Source of the DNA: Minutocellus sp. GHC0000111
Taxonomy: Eukaryota
Assembly (NCBI GenBank): GCA_977018835.1
Contig: OZ361256.1
Location: forward strand, 2,976,001 to 3,040,000
Reading direction: 5' to 3'
Length of the DNA stretch: 64,000 nucleotides
Of this stretch, positions 49,001-60,694 are shown in pieces. Under the pieces are notes generated by a model. The model was given only the letters and a program-made list of their open reading frames with translations. It was not told the origin of the DNA and did no database searches. A program made the position numbers and the translations under genes. The stretch's first letter is position 1. Each line of letters begins with the position of its first letter.

Positions 49001-51410
49001 CATTTCTACCCTTGCATCCGATTCTGAGGTCAAGTCAATGCTGTTCGTGGCAACCTACCGTGAAGAGGACGTCGCTCAGGATCATCCTCTCTATTCCGAA
49101 TTGGCGCGGTTGCGATTATCTGGTATCCGGATCAACTCACTTTCGTTGGACAACATTGGAGGAGAAGATCTCAACGCCTACGTCTCGGATGTGCTCAATC
49201 TATCGCCCCGGATAACAAGACCTTTGGCAGAGGTGGTGCATGCCAAAACGACAGGCAACATACTGTTCGTTGTGGAATTCTTGAGATCGCTCAGCGCCGA
49301 AGGATTGCTTCGCTATTCTGCTCGTAGCCGACGATGGGAATGGGACGCCGAAGCAATCCAAGCCCGATCTGTGGATGATAACGTTGTGGGCTTAATCATG
49401 AAGAAGATGCTCAATCTTGACAAGGATATGCAATGGATGCTCAAGGTAGCCGCATGTCTTGGCTCTCAGAGTAATGGCGAGACGCTCATTCAACTACTCC
49501 TTTCAGGCCAAAGAAGTATGACAATGGTCAGTGCAACGCTTGACGTGGCTGTCAAGGAGGGTCTGATGGCCAAGGTTGGTTTGGACTACAAGTTCCCGCA
49601 CGATCAAATAGAGCAAGCAGCCTATTCTCTGATTCCCGTGGAGCAACGTCCAGCCTTGCACTTGAGTATCGGCCGTACTCTTTGGGGTTATCAGACTGCA
49701 GATCAACTCGGCGACCGCCTCGAGCTTGTTGTAAATCAGTTGAGTCGAGGAGCGGACTTGATTTCAGATCAGAATGAGCGAGTACGCTTTGCAGAGCTTT
49801 GCCTTGTTGCCGGTAGGAAGGCAAAGGCTGGTTCGGCCTTTTTACTTGCTTCAACCTACCTCCTCCAGGGCACTGTCCTCCTCAATGAAGACAGCTGGAC
49901 ACACAACTACAAACTTTGCTTGGAGTTACATTCGAGCTGCGCCGAAGCTCAGTTTGCCACTGGAAATCACACGGGAATATCGATATCGGTTAATCCGATC
50001 ATGACGCACGGTCAGAACCTTCAGGATAAAATGCGGGCTTATTATACACTTTTGAGATCACTTGGAGCCAAGGGTCAGCAGTCGGATGCGGTGACGTGTG
50101 GCCTCGGGCTTCTTTCGGCTCTCGGTGAAAGTTTGCCAACCAATCCGCAGAAGCATGACGCCGACAGCGAGTTCCAGAAAACGGAGAACATGCTGAGAAA
50201 TCTCAATGTCATCGATATTGCTTCGGGAAAAATGTTGGTGGATACACAAAAGGCATCGGCAATCAAGGCCCTCTTCCTACTCATTCGACACGCCCATATG
50301 GTGAATCAGATGCTTATGAGTATAATGATTTGTCGCATGGTTCAGCTCTCCATTCTTTTTGGAGTATCTAAGGAGTCGTCGTTTGCATTTGCTGCGTATG
50401 GGACACTTTGCAGCAAATACGTTGGTATCGATGATGCCTGTTTGTATGGCAAGGTCGCTCTAAGCATCGTCGAACGATTCAATGCCAAGGACGTTCTTGC
50501 CCGGGTTACGTGCGTTCTCAACGATTTCCTGATATTTAAGGAACCACTGCAGTCTCGACTGCCATCGTTGAAGAATGCATACGAAATCGGTCTACAGATG
50601 GGAGATATCGAGTGGGCGTTGACAGATTTGACAGATGCCAATATTTATATTTTAACGGCGATTCAAAGTGGGCGGAACTTGTCGGTACTGTCTTCTGAGA
50701 TCCAGTCCTTTATGCAGCAGATGAAAGTTTACAAGCATCATACTCTAATCGTGGCATCTCTCTACAATCGCTTCGTTACCAACTTGATTGAGGACACCGG
50801 TGATCCGACCGACCTCGCTCTCAACAGCGACGAATTTGTGGGAATGTCCCAAGAAGTCAAGCGCATTAGCATTGTCAATCGGGGGTACTTTCTTCGTCTT
50901 TGGCTGGCATATCTATTTGGGAATTATCAGTTGGCCGCTGATATGGCAGAGCGCCGCTGGGAAATGAACAAATCGAGACCATTCCGAAGCTCTTCGCTTG
51001 CTAACGAGACATTTTACACTGGTCTTGCCGCTGTCATGATGGCGAGGAAGGGTGGTGCTGTCGAAATGAAGTGGAAAGGCGTGGCCCTTGCGGGGAGAGA
51101 CGAGCTGAAGAAGTGGATGAGTCACTCCGATTGGAACTTTGCCCATAAGTATCTCCTTCTTTCTGCAGAGATTGAGTTTTACCTCAACAGCAATGCAGAG
51201 GAGGCCTCCAAGCTATATGATCAAGCAATCGAAAGTGCAAAGAAACATAGCTTTCAGAGTGAATTGGCCCTGGCATGTGAACGAACAGCTATGTTGTATG
51301 AATCTAATCTGAATCAGGCCAAGGCGCTGGAATACTACCGCCTTGCGCACCAGGCTTATGTCGACTGGGGTGGTGCCACGAAGGCAAGACATGTGAAGTC
51401 ATTGACCTAA
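46069..51410 (+). CDS. DUF6824-STAND ATPase, copy 2
   Basis: Duplicate of 23019-28360. Confidence 0.8.
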
Positions 51411-51481
51411 ATTGATTCTAGCTACGTAGTAGATTTAGGGCAGAGATTAATTAAACTCGAAGTGTAGCTAGATTATTTGAC

Positions 51482-53386
51482 TCACAAAACACAATCATTC
51501 AGCTCGTAATCATCTGGAGTCTCCACATCATCACAATTCTCTTTCCAGCAGGCCTTGTCGGTTGGCGAAACATATTCATTGCATAGATTAGGATGGGCAA
51601 CGCCGATGAAGGAAGCGAGCTTGCCCCGACGTTTAGCCTCGAGATCATCGAAACCGTTCCAATCAACATACATCCTCCAAAGCTCGTTTACATCTTCCTT
51701 GTTTGGGGTGGCTCCCTTCTTGAACGTGACTATGTCGACAGGGTAGTCGACATACATTGCACCGGCTAGGTCCTCTTGATTGACCATCTTAAGCTCGGGA
51801 AGCTTACCCTCCTGGCCGATGCCATCACACACCAGCTGGTAGAGGTACTGATGCGACTTCTCGTCGTAAAAGAACATGAAAGGGCGCTCGTTGGAATATC
51901 GGTTGGGATCGTCCTCAATATTTTCGGAGATGCAGATGTGGGTAGTACCGGCGTAGTTGCATCCTCGAATTGCTTCGTCGGCAGCATTTTTGCAAACCTC
52001 GCCCGTCTCGCTGTTAGTAAAGGTCGTGCCGGTGACTGGATAACGATTGTTGGCAGGATCAATTAGTACGGGGAATGTATCGGTCGCTGTATCGATGCGA
52101 CATTCACCTGTGACTTCGCACGGTGGCGTCTCGACCTCCTCGATACCAAAGCGCCACTTGCCAAAGGCTCCTCCGTTGTCGCGGCAGATTCCTTCCCCGA
52201 TGGTTAGACATGTAAACTCGCCGTGCTCGGGGATCTTGAGTCGAACGTTTTCGCAGGTCATACCAGGCTTGTCCAAAGGGGGGACCCAATAGTTGGAGGG
52301 AATGTATGCCTCACCACCAGGACAAAGAGAAGTGCAAATATCACTTGATCCATCACATGTGCTTTCGGTCTCACTGGTAGTATCATAGCACGATATTGTG
52401 TCAGGGGAAAATAAGCCGGTGGTTGCGCTATTGATGCAGGTCAAGCCGCCTCCGTCTGGCTCTCCAGCGTATTCCTTACATGCTTCAGGGAAATTGCAGC
52501 TACCATTGAGAAAGTCAACACCAAGGTTCGGAACAGGACAGGGAATACTGCTGCCGCTTGCGCAGTATTGGAAATGAAAACAGGCTTCGCGACCACGACA
52601 ACTGTAGGCGAGATCGCCCACAATTCCACCGTATGCCATCAATGTACAAGCAGTATTGTCGTGGCAGCTATGAAAAATGTTGCCGACTGCACCATCAACA
52701 CCAACGCCAACACAGGAGCCATACCCGTGGCAACTAAAAATCACGTCGCCGACAGGGCCAGAGTTCGGGTCGTTGAGATAGGCACCGAGTCCCTCGCAGC
52801 TAGTGTCGCCGTGGCAGCTTTTCAATAGATGTCCCATCTTACCAGGAATCCGTCTGTTATTCAAATTAATGGCATAGCATGACCGATCCCCATGTCACGA
52901 GCTTTCGACTCTTCCCACGGCGCCGTCTCTGGCGAAGGTCTCTCCACCCAATAGATCACACGCCGCATCACCCCTACAACCATCGATGACACCCTCTGGA
53001 ATATTGGCACCAGCACAAGCTCCATCTCCGTTTCCAGTGTTCCGATTGGTGCCGTCACAGCTTCCATCTCGGCATACCTTTCCGGTAAACCTGCTGCAGT
53101 CGTTGCTCACTACACAGCAGTCCTGTGAGGAAGGGTCTGATGGATTCTGGCAGGCTATGTGGCATGTGTTACCAGTGGGACTGCCAGTGACCGGATCGAC
53201 CTCATTCCCGTCTTCACAATGAACAAATCCTGCTGTACAAGTCTCAGCGTCGGATTGGATTTGCGCATCTAGGCCAAGGACGCCGCCCATCATAGCAGCC
53301 CTTCCTCCAGCCGATCGAGTAATTGAGGACAAGCCGACAATAAGCAAGAGGACGGTGGACACCGATAGGCGGCGTGTAGAGTACAT
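51482..53386 (-). pseudogene. Secreted Cys/Gly-rich repeat protein interrupted by an in-frame TGA at 52895-52897
   Basis: Signal peptide; repeated SCxGxxxC units; ORFs 52895-53386 and 51482-52864 share a frame and are separated only by one TGA (ESS*HGDRSC). Confidence 0.75.
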
Positions 53387-53824
53387 GACTTCTTCTGTTT
53401 CCAGATAAATGCAACTCTAGGGTTTGGGCTATGGAACGCTACTGAAGCTTAGTTATAATGGCAACAATCTTTTGCCTTCTTCAACGCTTACCGCATGGCA
53501 AGATTCGACAGTCAGGGACAATCGCGCCAGCAGGAACAAGCAGCAAAGTCTCGCCGAGGGGCGGAAACCTCCGATTTGCAAGTGGCACAACCTTGTTCAC
53601 CGCAGAGTCCGTCGGTACTAGCTAGTGTAGCTAGACTACGGAGTACAATGATTGTACGAGTTCGCGTACCTACGGTACTGAGTTAGTGCATGTTCGAGGA
53701 AAGCACGCCCAGATATCTTGCTTCCTTCTTTCTTTGTAATCATAATCTATGAAAAATGCATGGTGTAGAAATCAGATAACGGTATATACATCTCTATGCC
53801 GAACTAATTCAAGTAAATCCAGTT

Positions 53825-55045
53825 CTAAATCAGAGGCGCCGACTCCTCTGGAAGATGGATGCTCTCATAAAACATTGCCTCCGGTATCGAGCCATCAGAT
53901 TCCCTGCTCGTATGACCATGTCGAGGATACAATACACATAGAATCAGCTGAACAATACCAAGCAAAGTTCTCAAGCCGTTTGGGACTGAAATAAAGTAAT
54001 CCGAGACGGCGATGCCGTAACAAAGCCACAATGTCCCGTTCAGTAAACTTGCAATCATGGTAGGAATGTGGATGGATCCAGATGCCTTGGACTCTATTAC
54101 TGTGGCAATCTTTGATAACGGTGCGCCGTAGAAGAAGACCAAATTCGCATTGACCGCCAGTCCAATGAGCAAAGTGCGAGAATTCTCATCCAACATTGGC
54201 CTTCCAAGAGCTGCAATAGTTATCAGCACCAGCCAGAATGTTGAGATGGACAACACAATAATTTCGTGTGATGCCGGTGCAGGAGTCTTTTGGATGGCAA
54301 TGTCCCAAATGAAAGAAGCATAATCTACAATTGCGTCGGCTGCCTCCTCAAATACTGTCGTGGCGCCATCATCTCTTTCATCGCGATTGTCGTCGGCTAC
54401 ATTAATGACATGAGATTTTTGCCCTTCTATGCGAGATGCAATGGATGGACTGGAAGTAGAGCTTGTGGTAGACGAGTAAGTAGTATGGAATGAATTGGCG
54501 CGAGCTGGAGGTGTCTTTGACTGGAAGAAGGATGGGTCAAATGTATTCGAACGAGATCTGCCAACATTTGGCATTTCCTCATCTGCCATTATTGGCGCCG
54601 TGCTCATCGGCAGTAGTATGTCAGCAGCAGCAACTTCCTCTGCGACCACATTCTCCACAAGCTGTTCGACTTCTTCAACTTTTAATTTCTTCTTGCTTTG
54701 CTCCTCCAACGCTGCAATGATTGCATTTTGTAGCTCGTTAGAACGAAAGTTCTCATATTGCAATTTTATCGCCTGGATGTTGAGCCAAATGGCCAGAATA
54801 AAGCTAGGCGCATTTGGAAGAAAAACGTATATATTTTCGATCATAAATGAATAGGCTAACCAACCTACTGCATTGCCCAACATAAAGACCCAGGGTGTTG
54901 GATTGAGGTCTCCCAAATGTCCATCGCGAGAGGCTTGCAGGACGGCACGGAACGGTGCGAACGACATAAACGTTCCGGTGCACACGCCGAGGGCAGGAAC
55001 AATCTGTTGCAGCAATATGTCGTGAAACGAGGACATATTATCCAT
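53825..55045 (-). CDS. SWEET (MtN3/saliva) sugar transporter with a long central loop
   Basis: MSFAP...LNPTPWVFM...WLAYS...PN and FFYGAPLSKIATVI...SI...LWLCYG...DYFISVPN. Confidence 0.88.
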   Translation of the reverse strand: MDNMSSFHDILLQQIVPALGVCTGTFMSFAPFRAVLQASRDGHLGDLNPTPWVFMLGNAVGWLAYSFMIENIYVFLPNAPSFILAIWLNIQAIKLQYENFRSNELQNAIIAALEEQSKKKLKVEEVEQLVENVVAEEVAAADILLPMSTAPIMADEEMPNVGRSRSNTFDPSFFQSKTPPARANSFHTTYSSTTSSTSSPSIASRIEGQKSHVINVADDNRDERDDGATTVFEEAADAIVDYASFIWDIAIQKTPAPASHEIIVLSISTFWLVLITIAALGRPMLDENSRTLLIGLAVNANLVFFYGAPLSKIATVIESKASGSIHIPTMIASLLNGTLWLCYGIAVSDYFISVPNGLRTLLGIVQLILCVLYPRHGHTSRESDGSIPEAMFYESIHLPEESAPLI

Positions 55046-55249
55046 AAAATTGAGTGAGCATGAGCTGCTACGATACTCTAATCTGCCCCAGCAATCTATC
55101 TACCCCAGCAAGAATTCTCATCGGCACGGCCATCGACGTCGACGTTGGCCAATGTCAGATGAAAGACCCCTCTATCCTTGGCGCATTTATTTTTCGGGGT
55201 GAGGAAAATCGCTTGCTCCGGCTTTGTGGCGCCTGGCTCCGCCTGACTG

Positions 55250-55561
55250 GCCGGCGATGCATGGCTAACAGGGCGGAGAGCAGACATTGTAGCCGCACAG
55301 ATGGCGGTTTCCGATCTCACCAAATATCCTGAATTTGATGGAACGGTGGCCACAGTAGATACAAGGCCATTTTGTAGAGATCCATATCCTGCTTCTCCAT
55401 CTGATCTTGGTTACCATTGGAATAATAACGCCGAGGCTTATTGGCTCGTTGGGAAAGGGATGGGACAAGCCATTGTTGAGCTTGTGTTGAGGAGGGAGGC
55501 AAAAGGGGTAGAGATAGATCTTGACCATGGCGATGGCTTACGCAAAATATTAAATAAATAG
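55250..55561 (+). pseudogene. 5'-truncated remnant of a sialate O-acetylesterase (SASA)-like protein
   Basis: AAQMAV...YPEFDGTVATVDTRPF...SP...GYHWNNNAEAYWLVGKGMG resembles the SASA C-terminus; no upstream coding region. Confidence 0.6.
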
Positions 55562-55621
55562 GTCCCAATACAGTGTGATGCAACGAGATTTTCATTTTAG
55601 TAAACTCATGAAATCAGCATA

Positions 55622-56599
55622 TTACCTCTTTCTATCGTCGCTACTTTTTCTTTTGCGATAAGTGACTTTGAGCGATCGCACTTCTCCTGTCAAGAACCAG
55701 GACCGCAAGTCTTCGTCTTCGATGTCCATTACAGCATTCAACAGTGTAAATAGATATGCTGAATGCGACACCACAGCAATTTCTGATTCTGGCCTTTGCA
55801 TCACAAAGGAAGTAAGAAAGTCATATATCCGATCTGACTTTTCCAACAGTGTTTCCCTGCGATCTCCATATGCATCCCATAGCTCGTCTTCATCGTGTTC
55901 GATGGCTGCAAAATCAATCTCGGGATAATCGTCACGTATCGCTGAAATCGGACGACGCTTGTTTCCAGTCAGAAGCCCCAGTTCTTCGCGACAACCTTCG
56001 TGAGATACCCATGGTGTCACAGTTGTATCAGCGTGATCACGAAAAGATAGCTTGGCAGTTTGGATGCATCTCAACAGTGGAGATACAATTACAATCTCCG
56101 GCGAAAGCTTACTGCACTCTTCTCTCACTGAACTACATTGCCTCCTGCCAAGCTCCGTGAGCGGCGGGTCCACCATTTCGGTACGCGTTACAGGATTTAG
56201 CTCAGGGTCAGGTGAATCAAAGTCAATCGGTCTGCCAGCTTCACGCCACATATCGCAGATCAAATTGTGATAGCCCTGCCCGTGCCTTTGAAAGTGAATT
56301 ATTTTGGTGCATATTGTCGTATCGTCTTCACTGTCACTGTCTACTGTGTCAGGCGAGTCGACGGGCTCGCCCACAATCTGAACTGGCCCAAATTCCTTGT
56401 CGAGTGCACCCAGTTGGTCCAACTTTTCCCGTTGTGTTACGGTGAACTTTCTTGCCGCATCTATGGCAATTGGGGTCCACAGTCCTGAACCACTGGTGGT
56501 CGCAGAGGACATTGTCATTGTAGAGAAGGAAGAGACGCCGGTTCTTTGGCGGGCAATCGCGATGAGAGTCACGGCGAGAATTGAACCTCTTTGGTACAT
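55622..56599 (-). CDS. Histidine phosphatase / phosphoglycerate mutase-like protein, likely plastid-targeted
   Basis: RHGQGYHN, DPPLTELG, VSPLLRCIQTA, VVSHS; N-terminal signal ending SS-F. Confidence 0.88.
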   Translation of the reverse strand: MYQRGSILAVTLIAIARQRTGVSSFSTMTMSSATTSGSGLWTPIAIDAARKFTVTQREKLDQLGALDKEFGPVQIVGEPVDSPDTVDSDSEDDTTICTKIIHFQRHGQGYHNLICDMWREAGRPIDFDSPDPELNPVTRTEMVDPPLTELGRRQCSSVREECSKLSPEIVIVSPLLRCIQTAKLSFRDHADTTVTPWVSHEGCREELGLLTGNKRRPISAIRDDYPEIDFAAIEHDEDELWDAYGDRRETLLEKSDRIYDFLTSFVMQRPESEIAVVSHSAYLFTLLNAVMDIEDEDLRSWFLTGEVRSLKVTYRKRKSSDDRKR

Positions 56600-56951
56600 G
56601 ATGGCAGTGCCCGCGTGGTATATGGATGATGCCTAGTCACCCAGCCTCACCCAATAAGAATTGTCGGCTCCTCGGTCTCGCCTCTCGCCGCTCTCCAGTT
56701 CCATTTCGCGCAGCCATGCAAGTGCTCTCTGAAGTCAGCAACGTACGTGGTGGCCCTTGACGACATGTTCGACTGATTCGATTCAGGTGTCCAGCAGTCA
56801 CATGACGATGGGCCGAGCCGACAACGACCAACAGCATCTCCAATCAATGCCATTTGGTATGAATACCCATTCGGGATATAAATAGAAGCCTATATAGTTT
56901 CTCTATTTCATTAGCCACCTGTCAAATCTGCCTCCACCACCCTCATGCTTT

Positions 56952-56996
56952 ATTCATCATTCGTTCGTTCGTTCATTCATTCATTCATTCATTCAT
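56952..56996. repeat. (TTCG)n/(TTCA)n microsatellite
   Basis: attcatcattcgttcgttcgttcattcattcattcattcattcat. Confidence 0.85.
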
Positions 56997-57050
56997 GTGA
57001 TAATCCTCATCTCGCGATAAAGTCTATCGATTCTTCCCTCTCCCTCCAAC

Positions 57051-57867
57051 CTAATCCAAGCACATGAGACTTTCTCGCGTATCCACCCCGGTAACTGGGT
57101 TAGTTCCCTTTGCCGTGGGATGCTCGCACAAATATTTCTTCTGGTCCTTCCTCAGTTGCGTATCAGTCCAGTCACTGCCCTCGATATTCTTTACTCCATC
57201 AAAAATGGTAGCACCACTCACGTACATCTCTTTAAGAATTGCATTCTTCAAATTGGCTCGAGAAAACTGCGCCATCTCAACATTCGCTAGGGTCAAGTCA
57301 GCACCCTCAAAGTCCGATCCGTCGACTGTAGCATCAAAGAAGGAGCTTCCATAGAGGTTTGTTCCCTTGAAGTTAGAATCGCGCACAATCGACTGTTGGA
57401 AGGCCACACCCCTAAGATTCTGCCCGCCAAAGTCACTCCGATCTAGATTCACACCACGGGTGATGGCAATCGTTCGGCCGGATTGCAGAGTGGAGGCACC
57501 GCCCGTGGTGATCTTTGCGTTTGCGGCCGACTCGGCTCCGCTGTCGGCACTGGCGGCAAGAGGCGATGCCAGGACGGCAAGGCAAAGCGTTGCCGCAGCC
57601 ACAACATTCCGTGCAATATCATCTGTAAATATAGAATGACAAGGGATTGTGAGATGTTTTATTTATAAATCAGGGAGGCCAAGGAACGTGTTGACAAATC
57701 TTTTGACACATGCATATTCTCGTGGCAAAGCTTATCTTACCAACTGATCGGCCCATCTCCAGCTCAGTGCCTTGAGATCGGAGCGCAGCATAATTACCGC
57801 TGGCCGGTGCAAATGCATGGCACGAAGGGAGCGCCAGGGCTGCAGATAGGAAGGCGGTGGTCTTCAT
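57051..57867 (-). CDS. Thylakoid-lumen pentapeptide-repeat protein; intron 57623-57740
   Basis: CHA-FAP presequence; G|GTAAG donor and CAG acceptor in frame; lumen signal ending ASA; pentapeptide repeats; C-terminal LC...GTNPVTGVDTRESLMC. Confidence 0.88.
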
Positions 57868-58117
57868 GGTTGCTGTTTTCCGCTGATATGATATGGCCAG
57901 CTGCGTCAGTGCAAGTCAAAATCGGGTCAAAACTCTGAATTCAAGACTTTGAATTTTGCTGACATCTAAAATTAAAGCCCCTGCGACATAGCGGTGCCCT
58001 GACCACCTCATTCCATCCAGGCGGATGAACCCGGTAATGTTTGCCAATTGCTTAACTTAGTATCCAATCCCATCGCTGTTTATTTTCAGGTTTCATATAT
58101 AGTCAGCGTGATGCGTG

Positions 58118-60645
58118 ATGGTTTGTCAAGGAAAGAAAAGCGCGCCAAATGGGACTGCCCTTGCCATCCTCCTTGTGCTTGCCGTCGCGCATTTCCCAGC
58201 CAACGCCGAGTTCAATTATGAAGTCGAGAAACGCATCGTTGATCGGCTGAGCTACTACATGAGCCAGGCAGTAGAAACCAACAAGATCATTTCGAACTTT
58301 CGCTATAGTGGCGGCTTCCCCAGCAATCTGGCTGCGTCAGATCGAGATGCCTACCTTGTATTGGACAACTCGTTGCTCATGCCACTTATTTACTATGGAC
58401 TGGAGGACGGCAGTATTACCGGATATTACAAGGGAGGATCGACAACGATGGGCTACTATCGCGAGCCGGGAAACTCGGGATACGATGTGACGGATACGTC
58501 CATGGAGAAGCACCTGAAATCCTGCATCGACAAGAACGATGGTAGGCCGACCGAGTGCATAATGAATCCGGGCGATTCGTACGTGGAATGCATCGACGAT
58601 TGTGAGCTGGCATTGTGTCCAGACGAAGATTCTCAACGAGACTGTTCTGCGCTCGAAGATTCCGAATCAAAAGCAAGTTGCGAGGCGAAACAAAAGTGGT
58701 GCCCTCAGTATCGCATTAAAGAACATGATGACAATGTAACCCGCGGTTTCATACCCCTGACCAATTACTGCCACGACGTTCGTGGGCTATTCACGCAAGA
58801 GCCCGGGAAGACCGTCATCGGTTACACTCCATCTACGTATGATCTCGGTGCGGTGGTCAATCCTGCCGATGGATCCTCGGCTGTCCATGAACTTGGTGAA
58901 TGTTATCATGATTCCACAACTCTTGTAAATCGGTCCCTTTCTGGAGAGTATGCCTACTGCGGTGGCAACGGAGAGATATGCGACACAACCTTTGTTGGAG
59001 GCTATGAATCAAACGAGTATGATCCCAGATATCGTCCGTGGTATATCGATACAAAAGCGGGCCAAAAAGCTGTTTGGCTTGACCCTTACCCATTCTTCGA
59101 TCTTGGCCTTGGGATCACGAACGCCCATCCAATCTATGATATCATCGATGGCAAGAACGTATTTGCCGGAGTATTGGCGGTCGATTACAGATTCGAAGAC
59201 ATCTCTCAATTTCTTATTGATTCTTATGGAGGAACCGATACAGCGGTCGTCATATATGAGGACAATAATCCCAACTATATCATTGCACTGTCTACAGGAT
59301 CGCCAGCCAATACCTTGGTCTTATCGGAAGATCCAACAAAGCCTTGCCCAGTTGATAGCGGCACTGATATTCCGTGTGACCCTGTCCGTGTCCAGATGGC
59401 TGATCTTACCGGCACTCGTCAGGATGACATCCTCTCCAAGGCCTACGAAAAGCATCTTGAGTCGGGATATCCCAAGGAGCTCATTTCAATCCGAGCTTCT
59501 GACGATGTTGATGCCAGCGTCTATCTGAGCCAATCGGCACTATACGAGCAGCCCGGTGCCAACCTTCGCTGGCGTGTGATAATAGCTTCTCCGGGAGAAA
59601 GAAGCGATTCAGATGCCATCCTAAAGGGCAACCCCCTCTTTCCAACAATCCTTGTTATCGGTTGCTTTGGCTTTGTCATCTGCATGATCTTTTTTGTTAT
59701 TTTTTATAGAAAGAGGAAGAAGCGAGCGGTACTATATGCCGACTTTCGTTTCACAAGCGCCTTCATTCTTGGCTGTGCCTTCTTCAATTGCGCCACGCTG
59801 ACTCTGATCGGGCCCAATACAAATGCTTTGTGCATGCTCCGTATGTGGAGTTTCCATCTGCTTCTTGTCATTCCCATCGCTTTCCTTCTTGTGAAGACAT
59901 GGAGGATGTGGAGGCTGGTTGGCACATCAAACGTTCAGCGCAAGGAAATTAGCAATGCTCAAACTCTCATGTACGCACTTCCAATGATTGGTCTGCAAGT
60001 GTTGATATTACTCAGTATATCCCTCACTGATCCGCCGTTGCAGACAGAAGAAACAAAGGTGTCTGAAGGAACTTTGACTCAACATATTGTTTGCTCACAT
60101 AAAACGGTGGCCCTTTCTGTTGTCGAAATCATCTACGAGGCTGGTCTGGTCCTCACCGGATGCATTTTGTCCTTCCAAACAAGACACATGGACGCTCGCT
60201 TCGGCGAGTCGAAGCAATGATATTCTCATTGTATACATGGGGTCTTGTTGGATTTGCGTTCCTTGTTGTTGCCGCTGTGGCTGAGATCACACCCAATGGA
60301 GTATCTCTGTTACAGGGCGTTGGAACCTTTTGGGTCACCGTATTTTCTTCGGCGGCATTTGTCATCCCTCGACTACTACAGGTCCGCAGAGACGACAGTG
60401 TCAGGAAGAGCACAGGGCAAGGTCGGGTAAGTGTGAGTGGTTTCGACGCGAGTCGAGGAGGTCAACCCGTATCAATTATGAGGCCCTCAAGTCGGCGATC
60501 GCCTGCGGGGTCGTCGGTCGAAGAAGGAGGGCAAGAAGGAGAGAATGGTGCATCAGATGGTGTACTTTTAGACGAGGAAAGGTCGCCTGGAATCCCTGTG
60601 AGTAGGCGGTCGGTCACGTTTGATGATGAAGCATCGGTAGAATAA
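58118..60645 (+). CDS. Class C (GABA-B-like, 7tm_3) GPCR with extracellular dCache_1 domain; frameshift at 60217-60220
   Basis: Signal peptide; YDPRYRPWY...Y...GVLAVD Cache motif; TM region with C-x-x-R-x-W, LLVKTWR, FGESKQ; last two helices are in the next frame. Confidence 0.78.
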
Positions 60646-60694
60646 GTCACTAGCTAACACGCTTCTAATACAATGTGTAACAACCATCCCTGAA

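Larger units (their letters stand above)
28450..51499. repeat. 23,050-bp tandem segmental duplication, copy 2
   Basis: Matches copy 1 up to ACAATCATT at 51499; the differences I noticed are 43040, 43171 and 44400. Confidence 0.97.

Noticed and set aside
14314..56599. Sugar-utilisation cluster (hexokinase, SWEET, PGM-like)
   Set aside because: The genes are separated by unrelated genes and have different predicted compartments; no evidence of co-regulation
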